64,000 bases of DNA, taken from assembly GCA_009914755.4 (NCBI GenBank), contig CP086569.2, positions 23,488,001 through 23,552,000 of the forward strand, given 5' to 3'. A model generated the notes under the pieces. It was given only the letters and a program-made list of their open reading frames with translations, had not been told where the DNA came from and searched no databases. The DNA comes from the human T2T-CHM13v2.0 reference genome, Homo sapiens. Positions 24,831 through 39,838 of this stretch are shown piece by piece; position 1 is the stretch's first letter; the number at the start of each line of letters is the position of its first letter. A program made the translations under genes and the position numbers.

Positions 24831-26049
24831 ACACTTTATTTGTTTTTTGGAAGTTTGCTTAATTGCTCCAAAGCATAGACATTGTTTAAAAAGTTAAGCA
24901 GTTCATGGGGAATCGGCAGTGAACATTGTTTATATTGTTTTCCAAAAATTAGGATAAATGTTAGAATATTATATATAAATATCTCATAACCTTTTGTACA
25001 ATAAATATTGACAAATGTCAAGCCATCGTGTTTATAGACTTTTCCTTCAAAATATTCATAGTTTAATTGGAGGATGAAGAGAAGAGCAATAATTGCAATG
25101 TACTCTGACAAGTGTTACAATAGATACAATTTAGTAACTTAGCTGGAGAGGAAGGAAGTGCTTAACTGGGTTTACAGGGGTTGGGGGAACTTTCTCAGGT
25201 CAGGAACAACTGATGCATCTGTAAGGATACAAATTTGCAAGACGAATGTTTGGGAGAAAAACACTGTAGAAAAAAAGAAACATTATTTCTATCAATGATA
25301 GACATACTAACAGTGCATATGATGCCATCTGCCCAATTCTTAGACTATACTAGCTCAATAAATATTTCTTGAATGAATCCATGAATGGAAGATACTGGGA
25401 AAAGAATGCTGGAAGGGATTTTCAAAATCCAGTGAAACAAAGGTGAATACTCTGGACTTTACAATTTTGCCTGCCGTTCTTTAAGTTCTTGTTATGTTTA
25501 CTACCTCATAAGCTCTGTTTTACTTTTTGTTGTTTTCACAAATATCACGCATGATATCGTTCCTGAGACTAATTCTCTCTTGATCCCTTGATACTATATT
25601 TGTCTCTGATACTCCTTTGTGTGAGGTCCTGGGTTTTTATGCCCACAGCTACGTCACTCACCTCTCCCTGGCACTATTCTGTAATAGAGAGGCCTGGCCC
25701 CTGGGAGGCAGGGTTCCTAGGCTCTCATAAAAATTACTTCCTGTTTCAGCTCAGTCAAGGGATGACACTGCAGAGATTAGAGAACAAAAAGATGAGAGAA
25801 GCCAGTTTGTGTCGCCTTCCTTCTCAGCAGGGTATGTTTCCACAGTGATTCCATGCCTGCAGGACATGCTCTCTGTGTTTCCATTTTCCATGTAGTGACC
25901 CGAATCCTAGACTGGCTCTTCTAATGCCGTTTTCTCCAATTGTCTTTTTGAAGGATTTGGGTACTATTGTACTATTTTGGAGTTTAAAATTTAAAAAAAT
26001 ATTGATATGGACAGGGGGGCAGGGAAGTGCCTGATAGAGGAGGGTGTGG

Positions 26050-26640
26050 TTCTTGGCTAGGGATTCACCCTCAGGCTTGTGCTCATTGACCTAGGTGAGG
26101 CCATGCACTTCTGTTTTCTTGCCCAAATTGGTGAGGACATGCGCTTCTGTTTTTTTGCCCAAGTGTTGCATTTTCCAAGAGCACCCTGGCCTGCCATACC
26201 CCCATCCTGTGCTATCAGAAACCCCGAGACCCTAGCGGGCAGAGACACAGTAGCTGACGTCGAGAAGAACCATCAGCAGAAGAAGACACAAGCAATTGGA
26301 CCTGGAGAAGACACCGGAGGAAGGAGAGCGCAAGGACAGAGGCGGCAGGCCATCCACCGCAGAAGAACACAGAGTTGCGTGGGGCTGTGGAAGGAGAGCG
26401 CTCACCTGCCCCATTTCAAGGGAAAACCACCTTCCCGCTCCGTCTCCCTTCTGGCTCCCCATCCATCTGCTGACAGCTTCCACTCAATGAAACCTGCACT
26501 TACTCTCCAAGCCCACGTGTGAGCCAATTCTTCAGCTACACCAAGGCAGGAAACCCCAGGATCCAGAAAGCCTTCTGTCTTTGCAGAAAGGCAGAGTGTC
26601 TAATTGAGCTGACACAAGCCGTCTACAGATTGATAAACTA
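26050..26640 (+). mobile_element. candidate solo LTR of an ERV (class I-like), with a duplicated U3 motif and an R-region poly(A) signal
   Basis: An approximately 34-bp tandem repeat (gtgaggccatgcacttctgttttcttgcccaa / gtgaggacatgcgcttctgtttttttgcccaa) lies at 26096-26160. The motif ccactcaatgaaacctgcacttactctccaagcccacgtgtgagccaattcttcagctacaccaaggcag is typical of LTR R/U5 regions. Confidence 0.35.
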
Positions 26641-29329
26641 AAGTAACACCGTGTAACACATGCCCGCTGGGGATTTAGGAGCTGTAAACATTCACCCCTA
26701 GATGCTGCCTGGGGTCAGAGCCCCACAGCCTGTCCTCATTGCTAGCTCTGCAGCGGGGGATAAGGGACGTTTTCCCGTTGCACTATGAGTCTGTTTCCAA
26801 TGCAGTGTGCTTTCTGCAATACTGCAGTGTTACCTCATTGCATATATTTGACAAAATAAGTTACAAACTATAATGTGAGAAGAAAATAAATGGTGGAGAA
26901 TAAGGAAGAAAAATGAAACATTGTGTCAGTAAGGAATGTTTTTTACTTCATGTAACAGAAAAAGTAAACATGAATTAAATAAACAGGAATTTCCGGTTTT
27001 CACATGTTAACCAGCCACAGTTAGGCATTTGGCGCCTTTGATCAGTTGCATTGCTGCATGGAAGTAGCGTAGCTGCATGGTAGTAGCACTGACTTTTTTT
27101 TTTTTTTTGCTATTTTCTCCAAGGTGAAACCTAGCTCAAATCCAACACCATGTTGGGTCCAGTTGTTGCTAGCCAGCTTTGCCCACACTCTGGTTTTTCA
27201 GTCTTATCAGCTTCTAGTGTATGCAGCTACTTTAACAGTGTGTTTTTGCTAGTCATGTGAAACTGCTGCCTGAGATTTTCTATTCTCCTGCAATCATCTA
27301 GTATTTTTCCTGGCTCAAATTATGTGACTTGCTCATTTTTCTCCTCAGGACACTGCAGGATGTTCTTTACCTGGTTTTTTAAAAGAGCATTGGTAAACCA
27401 GTTTCATTTCCCTCAAATACTTCTGAGAATTCCTGAGAAACTTATACATGTCTCACTGGACTGCACCACTGCCCACTCAGCTGCCTGTTATTGACTTCTT
27501 TCTTTAGATAAGATCCCCCAGACAGCAACTGCATGGGCCCTCCCACCCCCACTCCCACTAAAGACCAACATCCAATGTTTAAAACATTTTAAGTCTTAGA
27601 TATAGCATAAAGGGATTATGGAATACAAAACAACACATCAGACACATATATTAAGAAAACTTCAGCCAGTATCAGTCTTTGACAACAAAGGTAACCATTT
27701 TAACTACACGGTATAAATATATTTACACATAAAGTGTATGCATAGGGAAATGTTTCTCACATTGTATATACTTTCTCCAGTGATGTCTTAGGCACTCATT
27801 TAAAATAGGTCACTGATTGAATTACAACTGTAACCTATAATGAAAATAGCAGAGTAGAAAGGTGTAGAAAGGCTTTTTTTTTTTTTTAAACAGCTCATAT
27901 GTACACATTGTTTGGTCTTCCAGTTGTGCTGTTTCTTTTGTATGAGTGTGTATATGTTTATGTAATTTTAGATAGTTACAGAGAATAGATTTAGTCGAAG
28001 TAATTAGAAATTAAGCAGACTTCTTTGTAATAAAAAAGGAAATGATTAACTTTAATTGAATTTTAGTGCAACAGTAAAACTGGATAAGAATTTATTCTTA
28101 CTCAGGGAAAAGATGTACTGTGTTTTGCAGACTGAAAGAGTTCTTTCCTGAGTAAGCCAGTGTTGGCCTTTATTGCAGAAATAGATTGTTTTTGGTAGAC
28201 CCCTACAGCCAGCTACCTGCAGAGAAAGAAATTCTACTAGAGAGGATTCTAAATTGAGTATTAAATACTCTTTCTTTAGGTGAAGCATTCACATACAATA
28301 TTCTTTTACATTCAGCATAATTATAAAAGTTAATTTTAGAACACTTTCCAAAAAAATAAAGCAATTATAAAAATTAGGGAGATAATTGTATATTCCTCCT
28401 TTAAAAAGTTTTAGCCTATTCAAATCTAACAAGTCCACTCTGAAATACCTGTAAATAAGATACGAAATGAATAAGAAAATACAGCAGAATGTACCAGATG
28501 TTTTCTATGTGTTGGATATACATACATCTGTTAGTTTTTAATGGCAGACAGAGTGCAGTCTACATAATTTTATTCATAGGAGATGCCTATGCATCATATA
28601 TTCACAGATAACTATTATTTCTCTGAAGATTGAAATAGAAAGCTAGGAAAACACAACACAGCACATACACTGGATTATATTTAAGCAAATGTGAATTGTA
28701 TAGTTACATGATCTCTTCCAGGGGCTTCTTATCACTCTCTCACTGGGTAGTCTAAGGATTGATTAAAGTTCCTAGGCTCTTTCAAGCTAAGAAACACTAT
28801 GTAAGTGCTATGCATTATCATGGTAACACGAGAGTGAGGCATAAGTGATTTGCAACATCATAGGCTCTTTGAAATGTGCGTCTAGTCTGATTGAAAGTTT
28901 TCTCTAACAGTGTTTTATGTATTGGAAAGTGCTTATCATATTTGAAGATGAAATGTGCTCTACTGAAATCATGCAAATCTGCAAAATCAATCTTTGTTCT
29001 ATATATTAGTATAATGATGTTTCTCAAAATAGAAGAAAACTTGGGATATGATTTCAAAGGTAATTTATAATAAGGTAGAATTTTGACATCAATTATAACT
29101 TGTCTATTATCATTTGATTGACTCAGCTGTTGCTCTCTTAATTAGTGCAACTGAAGTCTAGTTAATTTGCATAAAGGTAGCTATCCCATCTTACAGACTT
29201 TTAAAGACAGTCAGGAGACTATTCACTGTTTCTATAAAGCTTACATAGATTTTATCAACATGTTTCAGTCATGTATGACTGACTGCAATAAGCATCAGTT
29301 CTAAAATGTAATTTATACATTAATAATTC

Positions 29330-31100
29330 CTTTAATATTTTTATTTTTATTTTTATTATGGATTCAGAGAGTACATGCACAGGCTTATTACAGAGGTATA
29401 TTACATGATGCTGACATTTAGTCTTCTATCGATCCCGTCACCCAGATAGTGAACATAGTACCCAACAGGAAGGTTTTCAGCCCCTGCCCCTCTCCCTCTG
29501 TCCCTCCTTTGGAATCTCCAGTGTCTATAGTTCTCATCTTTATTTCTGTGCACCCAACCAAGTTTTAGCTCCTATTTATGAGAATATTCAATATTTGATT
29601 TTCTGTTTCTTCATTAATTTGCTTAGGTTAAGGCCTCCAGCTGCATCCACGCTGCTGCAAAGGACATGATTTTGTTCTTTTAATGGCTGTGTACTATTCC
29701 AGGGCTCATATGTACCACATTGTCATTGTCCCATCCTCCACGGATGTGCTCCTAGGTTTATTCTATGTCTTCGCTATGGTGGTGAATATGAGAATTCTTG
29801 TGTCTTTTTTGGTAGCTTTAATAATTTATTTTCATTTGAGCATATACATAGTAATAAGATTGCTGGGTGAAAGAGTAGTTCTATTGTGAGTTCTTTTAGA
29901 AATCCACAAACTGCTTTCCACAGTGGCTGAACATTCTCTCCACCAGTGTATAAGTATTCCTTTTCCTCTACAGCCTTGCCCACATATGTTTTTTTTTGGG
30001 GGGGGCTTTTTAATAATAATACTCATTCTGACTGGTATGAGATGGTATCTTGTTGTGATTTTGATTTCCCTTCTCTGATGATCAGTGATGTTGAGCACTT
30101 TTCTTATGTTTCTTATCCACTTGTATATCTTAAGAAGATATTTTAAATAAACATACAATTATTTCCTCTACTCATAGGTCAAATTCTGCCTATGTCCTTC
30201 TCTCTTTTTCTACTACATGATTTTACATGGATAATGAGTCAAAAAATGTGATGTGCTAGTAATACATTTTATTTCATACTTATAAATGTAAAATGTTTTT
30301 CTTTGAAAGATACCACATTCTCCAATTTTTAATTTTTTTAATTCCTTTAAAGCGGCAATGGGGACAGGGAAATTTTAAAGCAATTACTTCACAAGGTGAT
30401 TCCAATTTATACAGAATATTGTTCATTGTAAAATTATTTTGTTTTTGAGTAAAATTAAAATATGTATACAAATACAAAATAACATAATAAATACTAATTT
30501 TACCCCACTTAAAAATAAAAGCTATTAATATTTTCCTTGTTCTATGTATATTACCTCTGGTTGTAATTGGAATACACCCCATCAGGTTCATTTGCTTTTC
30601 TCCATTTCCAGAGGTGCCATTATCATCAACCTGTTATTACCTTCATATTTTTATAAATTTATTAAAATATTTATTTCTAAATAATACTATTTTGTGAATT
30701 TTTAATGTTTCTGTGAATATATAAGGTGTGTATTATTTCACATTTTTTGTTAACATTCTTACTGAGAGCTGCCATTATTGATGGCATAGTTCTCAGTCTA
30801 CAGAATTTCATCATGTTCCATGATGTGTTTGTCCAAATGCTACAAAGAGAAACCTTCCCTATGCATCTAGGTACACATGTGTGAGAGTGTCTAATGAATA
30901 TACTAGAAGAATGGCTGGACTGCAGTGTGCATACAGTTTTAATTTTGAGGGGATGAAATATATTCTCATTAGGTCCCAGGGCTACCACTTTATTACTATT
31001 GTTTATCCAAGCTAATTGGCTTAGCATATGTCTTAGATTTTTCATTTTTAATGAAGTATTATTATAAGTTACATTGATTAGATCCAGCATGTGTTTGTTA
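29330..31100 (+). mobile_element. L1 LINE, older L1P/L1M-type, covering the ORF2 3' region and 3' UTR
   Basis: tattatggattcagagagtacatgcacaggcttattacagaggtatattacatgatgctgacatttag... ; ggctgtgtactattccagggctcatatgtaccacattgtc ; ccaccagtgtataagtattcc ; ctggtatgagatggtatcttgttgtgattttgatttcccttctctgatgatcagtgatgttgagcacttttc. All are collinear with L1 ORF2 consensus segments. Confidence 0.8.
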
Positions 31101-31682
31101 AATGTTCATTTTGTTTAACAATTATAGCTATTGTCAGGGCTCCATCATTAGGTGAGGAAAATAAAATATTAACAGAATGATGACTTCGGTAGGGGGATAA
31201 GTCTGAAAATCAACTTTATTTTCCTAACACGGTTTATACAATACATAGATAATGCTTCTTTTTCAGGGACAGCATGCAGCAGAGTGCTTGATAATAAATC
31301 AATATGCACTGAGTCAGTATTGGCTAGGAATGGCTAGTTCCTTCCAATCTTCCCGGGTGATGGAAGAAGTATTTGACATAGTTTTTTGTTTGTTTGTTTG
31401 TTTTTTCTATATGGTTCATTTACATGACACTGCCAGATCATCATATGGTGGGTTTGGGGAAAATGAAGGAAATAATAGGCTAGATATATGTAAATTATGT
31501 GCTAGAAATAGAAGCTTAGCACAGAGAGAGTAGTTAATTGGTCTGGCCACAGTGGTTTTGTCATCTCTCATATGCCTACAACTATTTATTTATGGGCTAT
31601 TTGCTTATGACGATTTAAAAAAAAATCTGTTTCAGCAGCAATGACTAAAAAATGCAAGTAGATATTTAATTAAAAACAACTC

Positions 31683-32166
<484 letters not shown>

Positions 32167-33129
32167 TCAAAAGGTAATACTTAGTTACATTAAGAAAACT
32201 ATGCCTGAAGATGACATTTTCACAGATTTAATATGTGAATTTGGAAAAATTGAACATATAATTCTGAGATGATTGGCTTTTTATTGACATCAAATTACTG
32301 TTTTTTAAAAACAATCGTGTACATTTTTAATTCTAATTTTTCTGCACTTAAGAAATATGCATCAGTAATTGTTAGTATATTAGCTCCATTAGCTACAGAA
32401 GAAATTCCAAAATAATTGAATAATGCCATCTAGATGTTTCAAACAGAAAATTGGATTAAAAAATGGTTTGATTTTTAATCAATCATTGGAACCAAAATAA
32501 AGCTGTTGAAATATTATTGTGTCAGGAAAAAAAACATTGAACAATATGATACTTTTTTTAAAAAAGTTCACTTGAAAAGCTAAACATTGTGGATAACTTT
32601 TATTGGTGACAAGAAAAAGCAACTTTGGAAAAGTTTTTGCAAGTAACTTTATTTAAAAATCAATATAAAATTAAAACAAATGCATTTTCCTAAAAAAACT
32701 ACAGGTAATTATTAAGAAACAGATTAATACATATAAATATGTTCTAGAATAATTATTCTTCCTCTTATTTGTAATACTTCAATAATAAATACAAAGAAGT
32801 TATTTTTCTATTTTGCCTCAAGATATGTAATTGTGAATTTAAATTTCTGAAGGGATTTCATTTTCAGAAGTAATTGGAAGGTAACGATTTCATAGCTCCA
32901 TTGATACAGTAAAAAAAAAAAATGCCTGTAAGGAAATAACATAATAAATATTAAATAATTTTGCATATGTTGGTAACCTTTTATTCTAAAAAAAGTTTCC
33001 ATTGGAACAATAAATATTTTAGTCACCCTAATTTTACTAAATATCATTAGATAATCCTGTGATTGATGGAACCAAATTATCATTCCATACATCCTTGACT
33101 ACACTTGATATTATTATTTTAATAGTTGC

Positions 33130-33450
33130 CAAACAAATGAACAAAAGTTGGAACGTAATGTGGTTTTGATTTATATCCCCAGATTACTAATGAGCTCAAA
33201 CATCTAGCCATTTTTCATTGGTCATATGACTTTCTTCTTTTCTAAAATGTATCTATTTACCTGTCCTGCTTTCTTCTACTGGGCTAGATTGTTTATAGAT
33301 TTTCTTGTGTAGTTATTTTGATTTTTTGGGGCGCTGGTAATTTTATGTATATTTTTCTTAGTGATTTTCTGGAGTTTTATAAACCCCCAAGATAATTTTT
33401 AGAATTTATGATCTGAAGATTTTCAAAAAGCTAACTCAGAAGTCATTTGT
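33130..33450 (+). mobile_element. old L1M-type LINE fragment
   Basis: gtggttttgatttatatccccagattactaatgagctcaaacatct...tttcattggtcatatgactttcttcttttctaaaatgtatctatt resembles the L1M ORF2 segment gtggttttgatttgcatttccctgatgattagtgatgttgagcat. Confidence 0.45.
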
Positions 33451-35190
33451 GGCCATAATGCTAACTTCTAATGGAAAAAAATAATTTTGCCACTTTAGCA
33501 AAACATACTTTAAAGATACTAATTAGAAAGCACTGAAGTGCTCAATTCTATCTTTTTAATAAAATTTGCATTTAAATAGTCATTTCAACAAAATCTTTTC
33601 CCCTACAATAAGAACCAATTATTAAATGTTGATTACGTATCTCCTGCATGGTTTTCTAAATATTTCACAATTGTCATTTTGGTAACAATCACTTAGCATA
33701 CTTGTTAGAATTGCTGGCTCTCCAGGTCTCATTTCAAATGATTGAACAAGGATTTTGAACCAAATAATGAGAAATATTTGAATATATATTTTATGACCCA
33801 TGTAATTATTTGGGGATATTTGTGAAACTCTGGTCTGACACTTAAGATAAAGTAAAACATCAACAACAACAACAACAACAGCAACAGAAAGAAAACACAC
33901 AAAGAACATCAAGTCAGGAGTCAGGAATAAATACCTTATCTTTTCCTCACTCCTGCCTTCTCAAGTCATATGCCCCTGTCTTCTTTCTCATTCTTGATAA
34001 ATACTACTCCATCTATCTAGCACTTCACAGGAGTAATTAACCTGTTAATTTGCAATTTAGCAAAAAGCAAGAAACCTACTTCTGAACATTTTCTTTAGGA
34101 ACATGGTTCTAGCTATACACTGTGTGTCAGGTAATGCTATGGATAGCCATAAAATAGCAGTATTTAACAAAAATATTTGACCACGGTGGCAAAATTATCT
34201 TTTCTAAACGATCCACTGCTACTAAGATTACCTTGATATTTTGGAGACTGTACTGACATTTTGAATTTCACATATTCATGGGAGATTGGAAAGTGTCTTC
34301 AGATATCAGCGTCTATAATGTTAATACTTGTATTAACTTCCACATTTTTCTGTGTTAAAGCAGGTGTGCAGTATTGGATGAACAGGTATGCCACTGAAGC
34401 ATAGCTGTGATTAAAATTTTATACGTTTTCATGAAATTGCACATGACAACATCTCCACAGAAAATTTAGATTTTTGGCTCACCTGGGAGATGTTCAAGAA
34501 AAGGACATTTTATATTCTTAATGATTTCCCAGCTGGTTCTTAAAGCGAGGTAGCACAATACTGTGGAAAGAGGCAGTTCTGTCATCTGACATTAGACTTT
34601 AATATATGCTAAATATTTTGAGGCCCAAATTTCAGATGTATGAAGTGGGGTCTAAAATATCTAGCAACTGTGTGTGTAGTTATAAAGATCATATAATAAT
34701 AATTGACTCTGTTGGCCTGGTACTTTTCTGTAAAACAAAGACATCATTTAACTATTTAACTTTGTTACTTAGTATAGCTTCATTTGGGCATTTTTAAGGA
34801 ATATTTATATTGTGATAAAGAAAACAGTTAATACTGGCAGAGAATGGTACTTACTCCAACATTGACTTTGCAGAGCTCCAGCTGTTCTGTAAAGAAACTG
34901 ACGTGAATTGCAAAGAAAAAAAATAGTGGATGATTGAAGGTTGTTTAGGGGCCAGTCTTTATTTACTAAGACTATGTAATTTTCGGAGAGGACACACAAC
35001 CTGTGAAGTGTTGGGCGTGAAGGATGAAGACTCATCAAGAAGAGGCTGCCTCAAGGATCATCCTCTACATTTCTAGCTTGAAATACAAGGTATATAGTGC
35101 TGTGAATTTCTGAAATAGTGGAATACTGTAGGGGGAAACATGTTTGGAGGATGAAATATAATATAATTAAAATAATCCCTACTAACCAGT

Positions 35191-35303
35191 AGAGATGGGT
35201 TTCACCATGTTGGCCAGGATTGTCTCAATCTCTTGACCTAGTGATCTGCCCAACTCGGCCTCCCAAAGTCCTGGGATTACAGGCGTGAGCCTCCACACTC
35301 AGC
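35191..35303 (-). mobile_element. Alu fragment (right arm)
   Basis: gagatgggtttcaccatgttggccaggattgtctcaatctcttgacctagtgatctgcccaactcggcctcccaaagtcctgggattacaggcgtgagcc. Confidence 0.85.
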
Positions 35304-35690
35304 TAAAATTTTCATTTTTTATTAAAGCCTTTTGAACATTATTAACAGTATTTTTCTGATATTATAAACTATTCTCTAATATTTTCTTCTAGCAATTTGG
35401 CAGCTTTGGTTTTTACATGTATTCTTAAAATCATAGTCCATTTACTCTTGTGCATACTGTGATGAAAAGATTTACTTTTATATGTCTTTAACAAATGTGT
35501 TTAGTCCATTTTGCCTTCAATTTTTTTCTTAGGATATTATTGAATAGTGCATCACTTCAGCATTGCTTAGACTGCAACTTCTGTCATAATAGTGTATTTA
35601 CTTCTGGGTTACTTCTATTTGCAATAGATTTCCATACTACAATATTTAGAAACAGCTGTATGAAAGTGTTCCCTATTAAACAGAGTCCTC

Positions 35691-35985
<295 letters not shown>

Positions 35986-38212
35986 AGTCCTCTTTTCCAT
36001 CTTCCTCTTCAACATCATTGTTCTCCCACACTTACTACAAATTTGCCCAGATGAGTCCCATCCCTTTTCAATTCTGTATTTAGAATCAGCTTGTCAATGT
36101 ACATGAAGCATCTTGCTGTAACTTTTATTATGATTGCCTGAATTTTTGTATTAATATAGAAAGGCACGTCTTATCATGTGAAGATTTTTTAACAATTGCC
36201 TGGCCACCTTTTTATGTATATTTTGGCTTTCATTTATTATGCCCTTCAATAAAATTTAGTACCTCTCTTTGAAAATTGTTGTGTTTTTTTAAATGTTTAT
36301 TTTTATATGGCTCATAATTTTGTTCTCATAAACTCTATCAATTGTAATTAAATTCTAATCATATTGTTTAGAATTTTAGGCACAACTTACCTATATGCTT
36401 AATTACTCGTTGTTAGTGTTATTGTTTATATTGTTATTGCTAGCTTAGGGATATGCTCTTCTTTATTAATTTGTCTACTCACCTTCTTGAATTTTCCCTT
36501 TTGTGTGAATTTCCTTTTTACTGAAACTTAACCTTAAGAAATTATTTCAGCAAACAAATTGTTTGTACTACATCCTTTCAAGTTTTATATATCATGAAGT
36601 ATCTTTATTTCACAATCACATTTTAATGATAGTTTTTTAAAAATATATATATTATTTTAGATCATGGCTTGAAAAACCCCTGCTGCTTTATTTTTAATTG
36701 TTGCTTTTTAGAAACTTCTTGCTAGTGTAAATGCCATTCACATATAGGAAATTTGTCATTATTTCTAGTACCCCTTAAGATAATTTCATTGCGTTTGGTA
36801 TCTGTTTAGGGTGTTTTCTCTTTGTTTGTTTTGGGGGAGAACAATAAATTTCTACTCTCTGAGCAAGTTTTTTAAGTATACAGTACAGTATTGGTAATCG
36901 TAGTCACCATAGGGGAATGTTTGCATCAGCTATCAGTGAAGTTCCAGCTGTCAAGACTTGTTGCGGATAATGAGTTTCCCTCTCCAGATGTCTCAGATCT
37001 ATAATGGTATAGCTTACTTCTCCCAGCATTTAAAAACTTTTATTCAAAAAACAATAGTTGCTGCAAATGTGGAACCTTTGCACTCTGCCTGATGTCTACA
37101 AATATTTATTATCTTGCACTCAATCTGAATGTTCTATATCAGACCTATTATCTAATTTTCACTACCACTGTCATAGCTTGTGACTGAGGATCAGTGCAGG
37201 GACAAGCAGTGGCCCTCCTCGCACTCCCGGCCCAATGTATTACATATAAAGTAAGTGAAAACAGTGTGCTTACTTTGCAGATACTGCTTTAAGACATATC
37301 TCTAAGCATCTTGTCTATATTCACTTAAGTTTAGCCCTCATGGATATCCCAATGACATTGTGCTGACTTATTCTCTACTTCTGTTTAAAAAAAAAAAGTT
37401 TACTTCATTTTTGTTAGTTTTTATTCTGCCTGTATTTATTCTTCATTTTTAAAGAGAAGAACATGACACAAGACTGAAATATTTTATGCAATCTACATAG
37501 AATTAACCCTGTATGTCACTTAGAAAGCCTGTGTGTGTGTAGAACAATTTGAGTTGTGTGTTCCTTTTAATTATTTTGCCACTGTGTCAATAGGTAGAAC
37601 TTGTGTTCTTCTCCATTAGTTAACAAAAATAATGTGTGGGTATGGTTGTGTGACTTTAAAACTCAAAACAAGTTTATTTGATTATAAAACATTCAATTTT
37701 GTGAAATCAGACATAGATTTAAAAAATATCTTTAAATCAATTTAAAGTCATCTAACTTCTTTTAAATTCAATTAAGTACCTCTTTTTGTTTGTTTTTTGA
37801 TGGTCTCATATCTTGCTCCATGTCATTTTCTCAGAGAAAATTAGTAACACAACATCAGCTTTACCAATTCAAAATTTTCAGTGCCTTACCTCCGCTTGAT
37901 CTTAAAGTCTTAGCTGATTTTATTGGTAGACTACACCATCTTTATTTCAACTAAGTTCTCGAAGATTTCAAAACTGAGGGGTTAAATAAATTACTTATCA
38001 CCTATTTCTGTGAACTACTCCTACTCAGGGTGCTGGAGATGATACCATTTCATGGTCTTAAGTTTCAAATCAAAGACAAACTAAATCAGATTGAATTATT
38101 CACTGCTTTTCCTGGGCCACCTGATATTATGGTCCAATCAGGAACATTTTAAAGCCTGTATGTTAGGTCAAAAAAAGCACAAGGCATGGTTCAATTGGAC
38201 TCCTAATTTAAA

Positions 38213-38435
38213 ATGAGGAAAGGAGAAGGGAAGGAAAGAAGGAAGGAAAGAAAGAAGGAGGGAAGGAAGGAAGGAAGGAAGGAAGGAAGGAAGGAAGGAA
38301 GGAAGGAGGAAGAAGAAAGGAAGGAGGAAGGAAGACAGAAGGAAGGAAGGGAGAGAGGAAGGAAGAAGGAAGAAAGGGAGGGAGGAAGGAAGGAAGAAAG
38401 GAAAAAGGAAGGAAGGAAAGGGGCCAGCAAAAAGC
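38213..38435 (+). repeat. (GGAA)n/(GAAG)n microsatellite
   Basis: ggaaggaaggaaggaagg... occupies about 220 bp and underlies ORFs 38213..38449 and 38203..38465. Confidence 0.95.
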
Positions 38436-39809
38436 TAAAGATAACTTAGAGCTTGTAATCATCATGAACTCTGTTACTATATTATTTCATTAAATAAGAA
38501 AGCCAAAATTTGTGCTACGCAGGAAGTGTAAATGGAAGTGGATCTCTGTTATCTGTATATTATTTGTAGGTTCTGGCTTCAACTGAACCAGTCAAACCCA
38601 ACTTGCACCGTTTGGCATGACCTGGTCATGCTCCTACAGCTTTTTAAACATGGTTCATTTTTTCTGTTTATGGCTTTATTTCTTCAGTGACTTCCAGATA
38701 GTCTTATTAACTTTCAGTCCCTTATTCACTCTCAGCCTCTCAGTTTATTATTTCTATGTGTTTTTTTTTTTTTTTTTAACTTTGTATTTTAGGAAAGACC
38801 CCAGTGGCACACATCTCCTTTAGTTTTACTCTGGCACTAAAGTTGATGTAGGGCCATCAATCCTCTGTCTTTAGAATTATACATAAACTATGATTTACAC
38901 CCAGTTTGTCATAAAAAATTGTATACATTTTCATTCAACCTCTCTTTCCACTTCGCTAATTCACCTTCTTGTCTTCTGAATGCTTTTCCAATTGGACCTT
39001 GCCAGCCACCTCCCCTTTCTAGGAAGAACTTCCTTTTTTCAACAATGTAAATGAGACTGCTTTTCTAACAGCAGTGATGGCTCTAATTGAACTTCATAAA
39101 TCTTTACAAAATTACAACTCATAAATCTTTACAAAATTACAATTGCCATCAGTGAGGTACCACTGAAACTATTTTTGTCAAAATAAATCTTGGCATTGGA
39201 TGGGCAGAGATGTGGGGATGGACTTTTCCAAAGGAATACCATCACTTTGTTTCAGTGTTTAGAATACACTTTTTTGGCGGGGGGAGGTGGGTAGAAGGGA
39301 ATAACTGTGCCTTCAATGAGTTGGAATAAAACAAACCATCATCATTTCAATCTATAATTATAAGAACTTCAGAACAACCGGTAACCTGAGTTTAAACTAT
39401 AGTATCAGTTCACAAAATTCCGCCTTTTGATAATATAGCGTATTTCCCAAGAGGAACACTCTTTAGTCAGATGGGTCGTGTATTTACAAGTGGCTTTGGA
39501 GACTTGTGATTTTACACCAGCACCTACTGTAACTAGAGTAGAGTTACTGGTTTCCTAGCTTTGTGTCTCTCTATATGTCAACAGGGGGAAAAAGACTTAA
39601 ATAATCAAAACTGATGACTCTAGAGGGAATCCCTCTAATGCCTCGGCTGTTATTAAGGCACCCTGAGGGGAACACTTTAATGGCTCTTGACCATGGCCCT
39701 TCTTTCCTGGCCAATCTGCCCCCTGGATCTTCTGTAAGACCAGTATAGCCTCTGTTAACTTTAACTCAGCAGCAAGGCACCTTTTTCTGGCTCCATAGTG
39801 CCTACTTAA

Positions 39810-39838
39810 AACAAAACAAAACAAAACAAAAACAGAAA
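39810..39838 (+). repeat. (AAAAC)n microsatellite
   Basis: aaaacaaaacaaaacaaaacaaaaac. Confidence 0.9.

Noticed and set aside
38203-38465. ORFs 38213..38449 (+, MRKGEGKERRKERKKEGRKEG…) and 38203..38465 (-)
   Set aside because: They are direct translations of the (GGAA)n microsatellite in different frames. The same applies to ORFs 13819..14105 over the (TTCC)n array.
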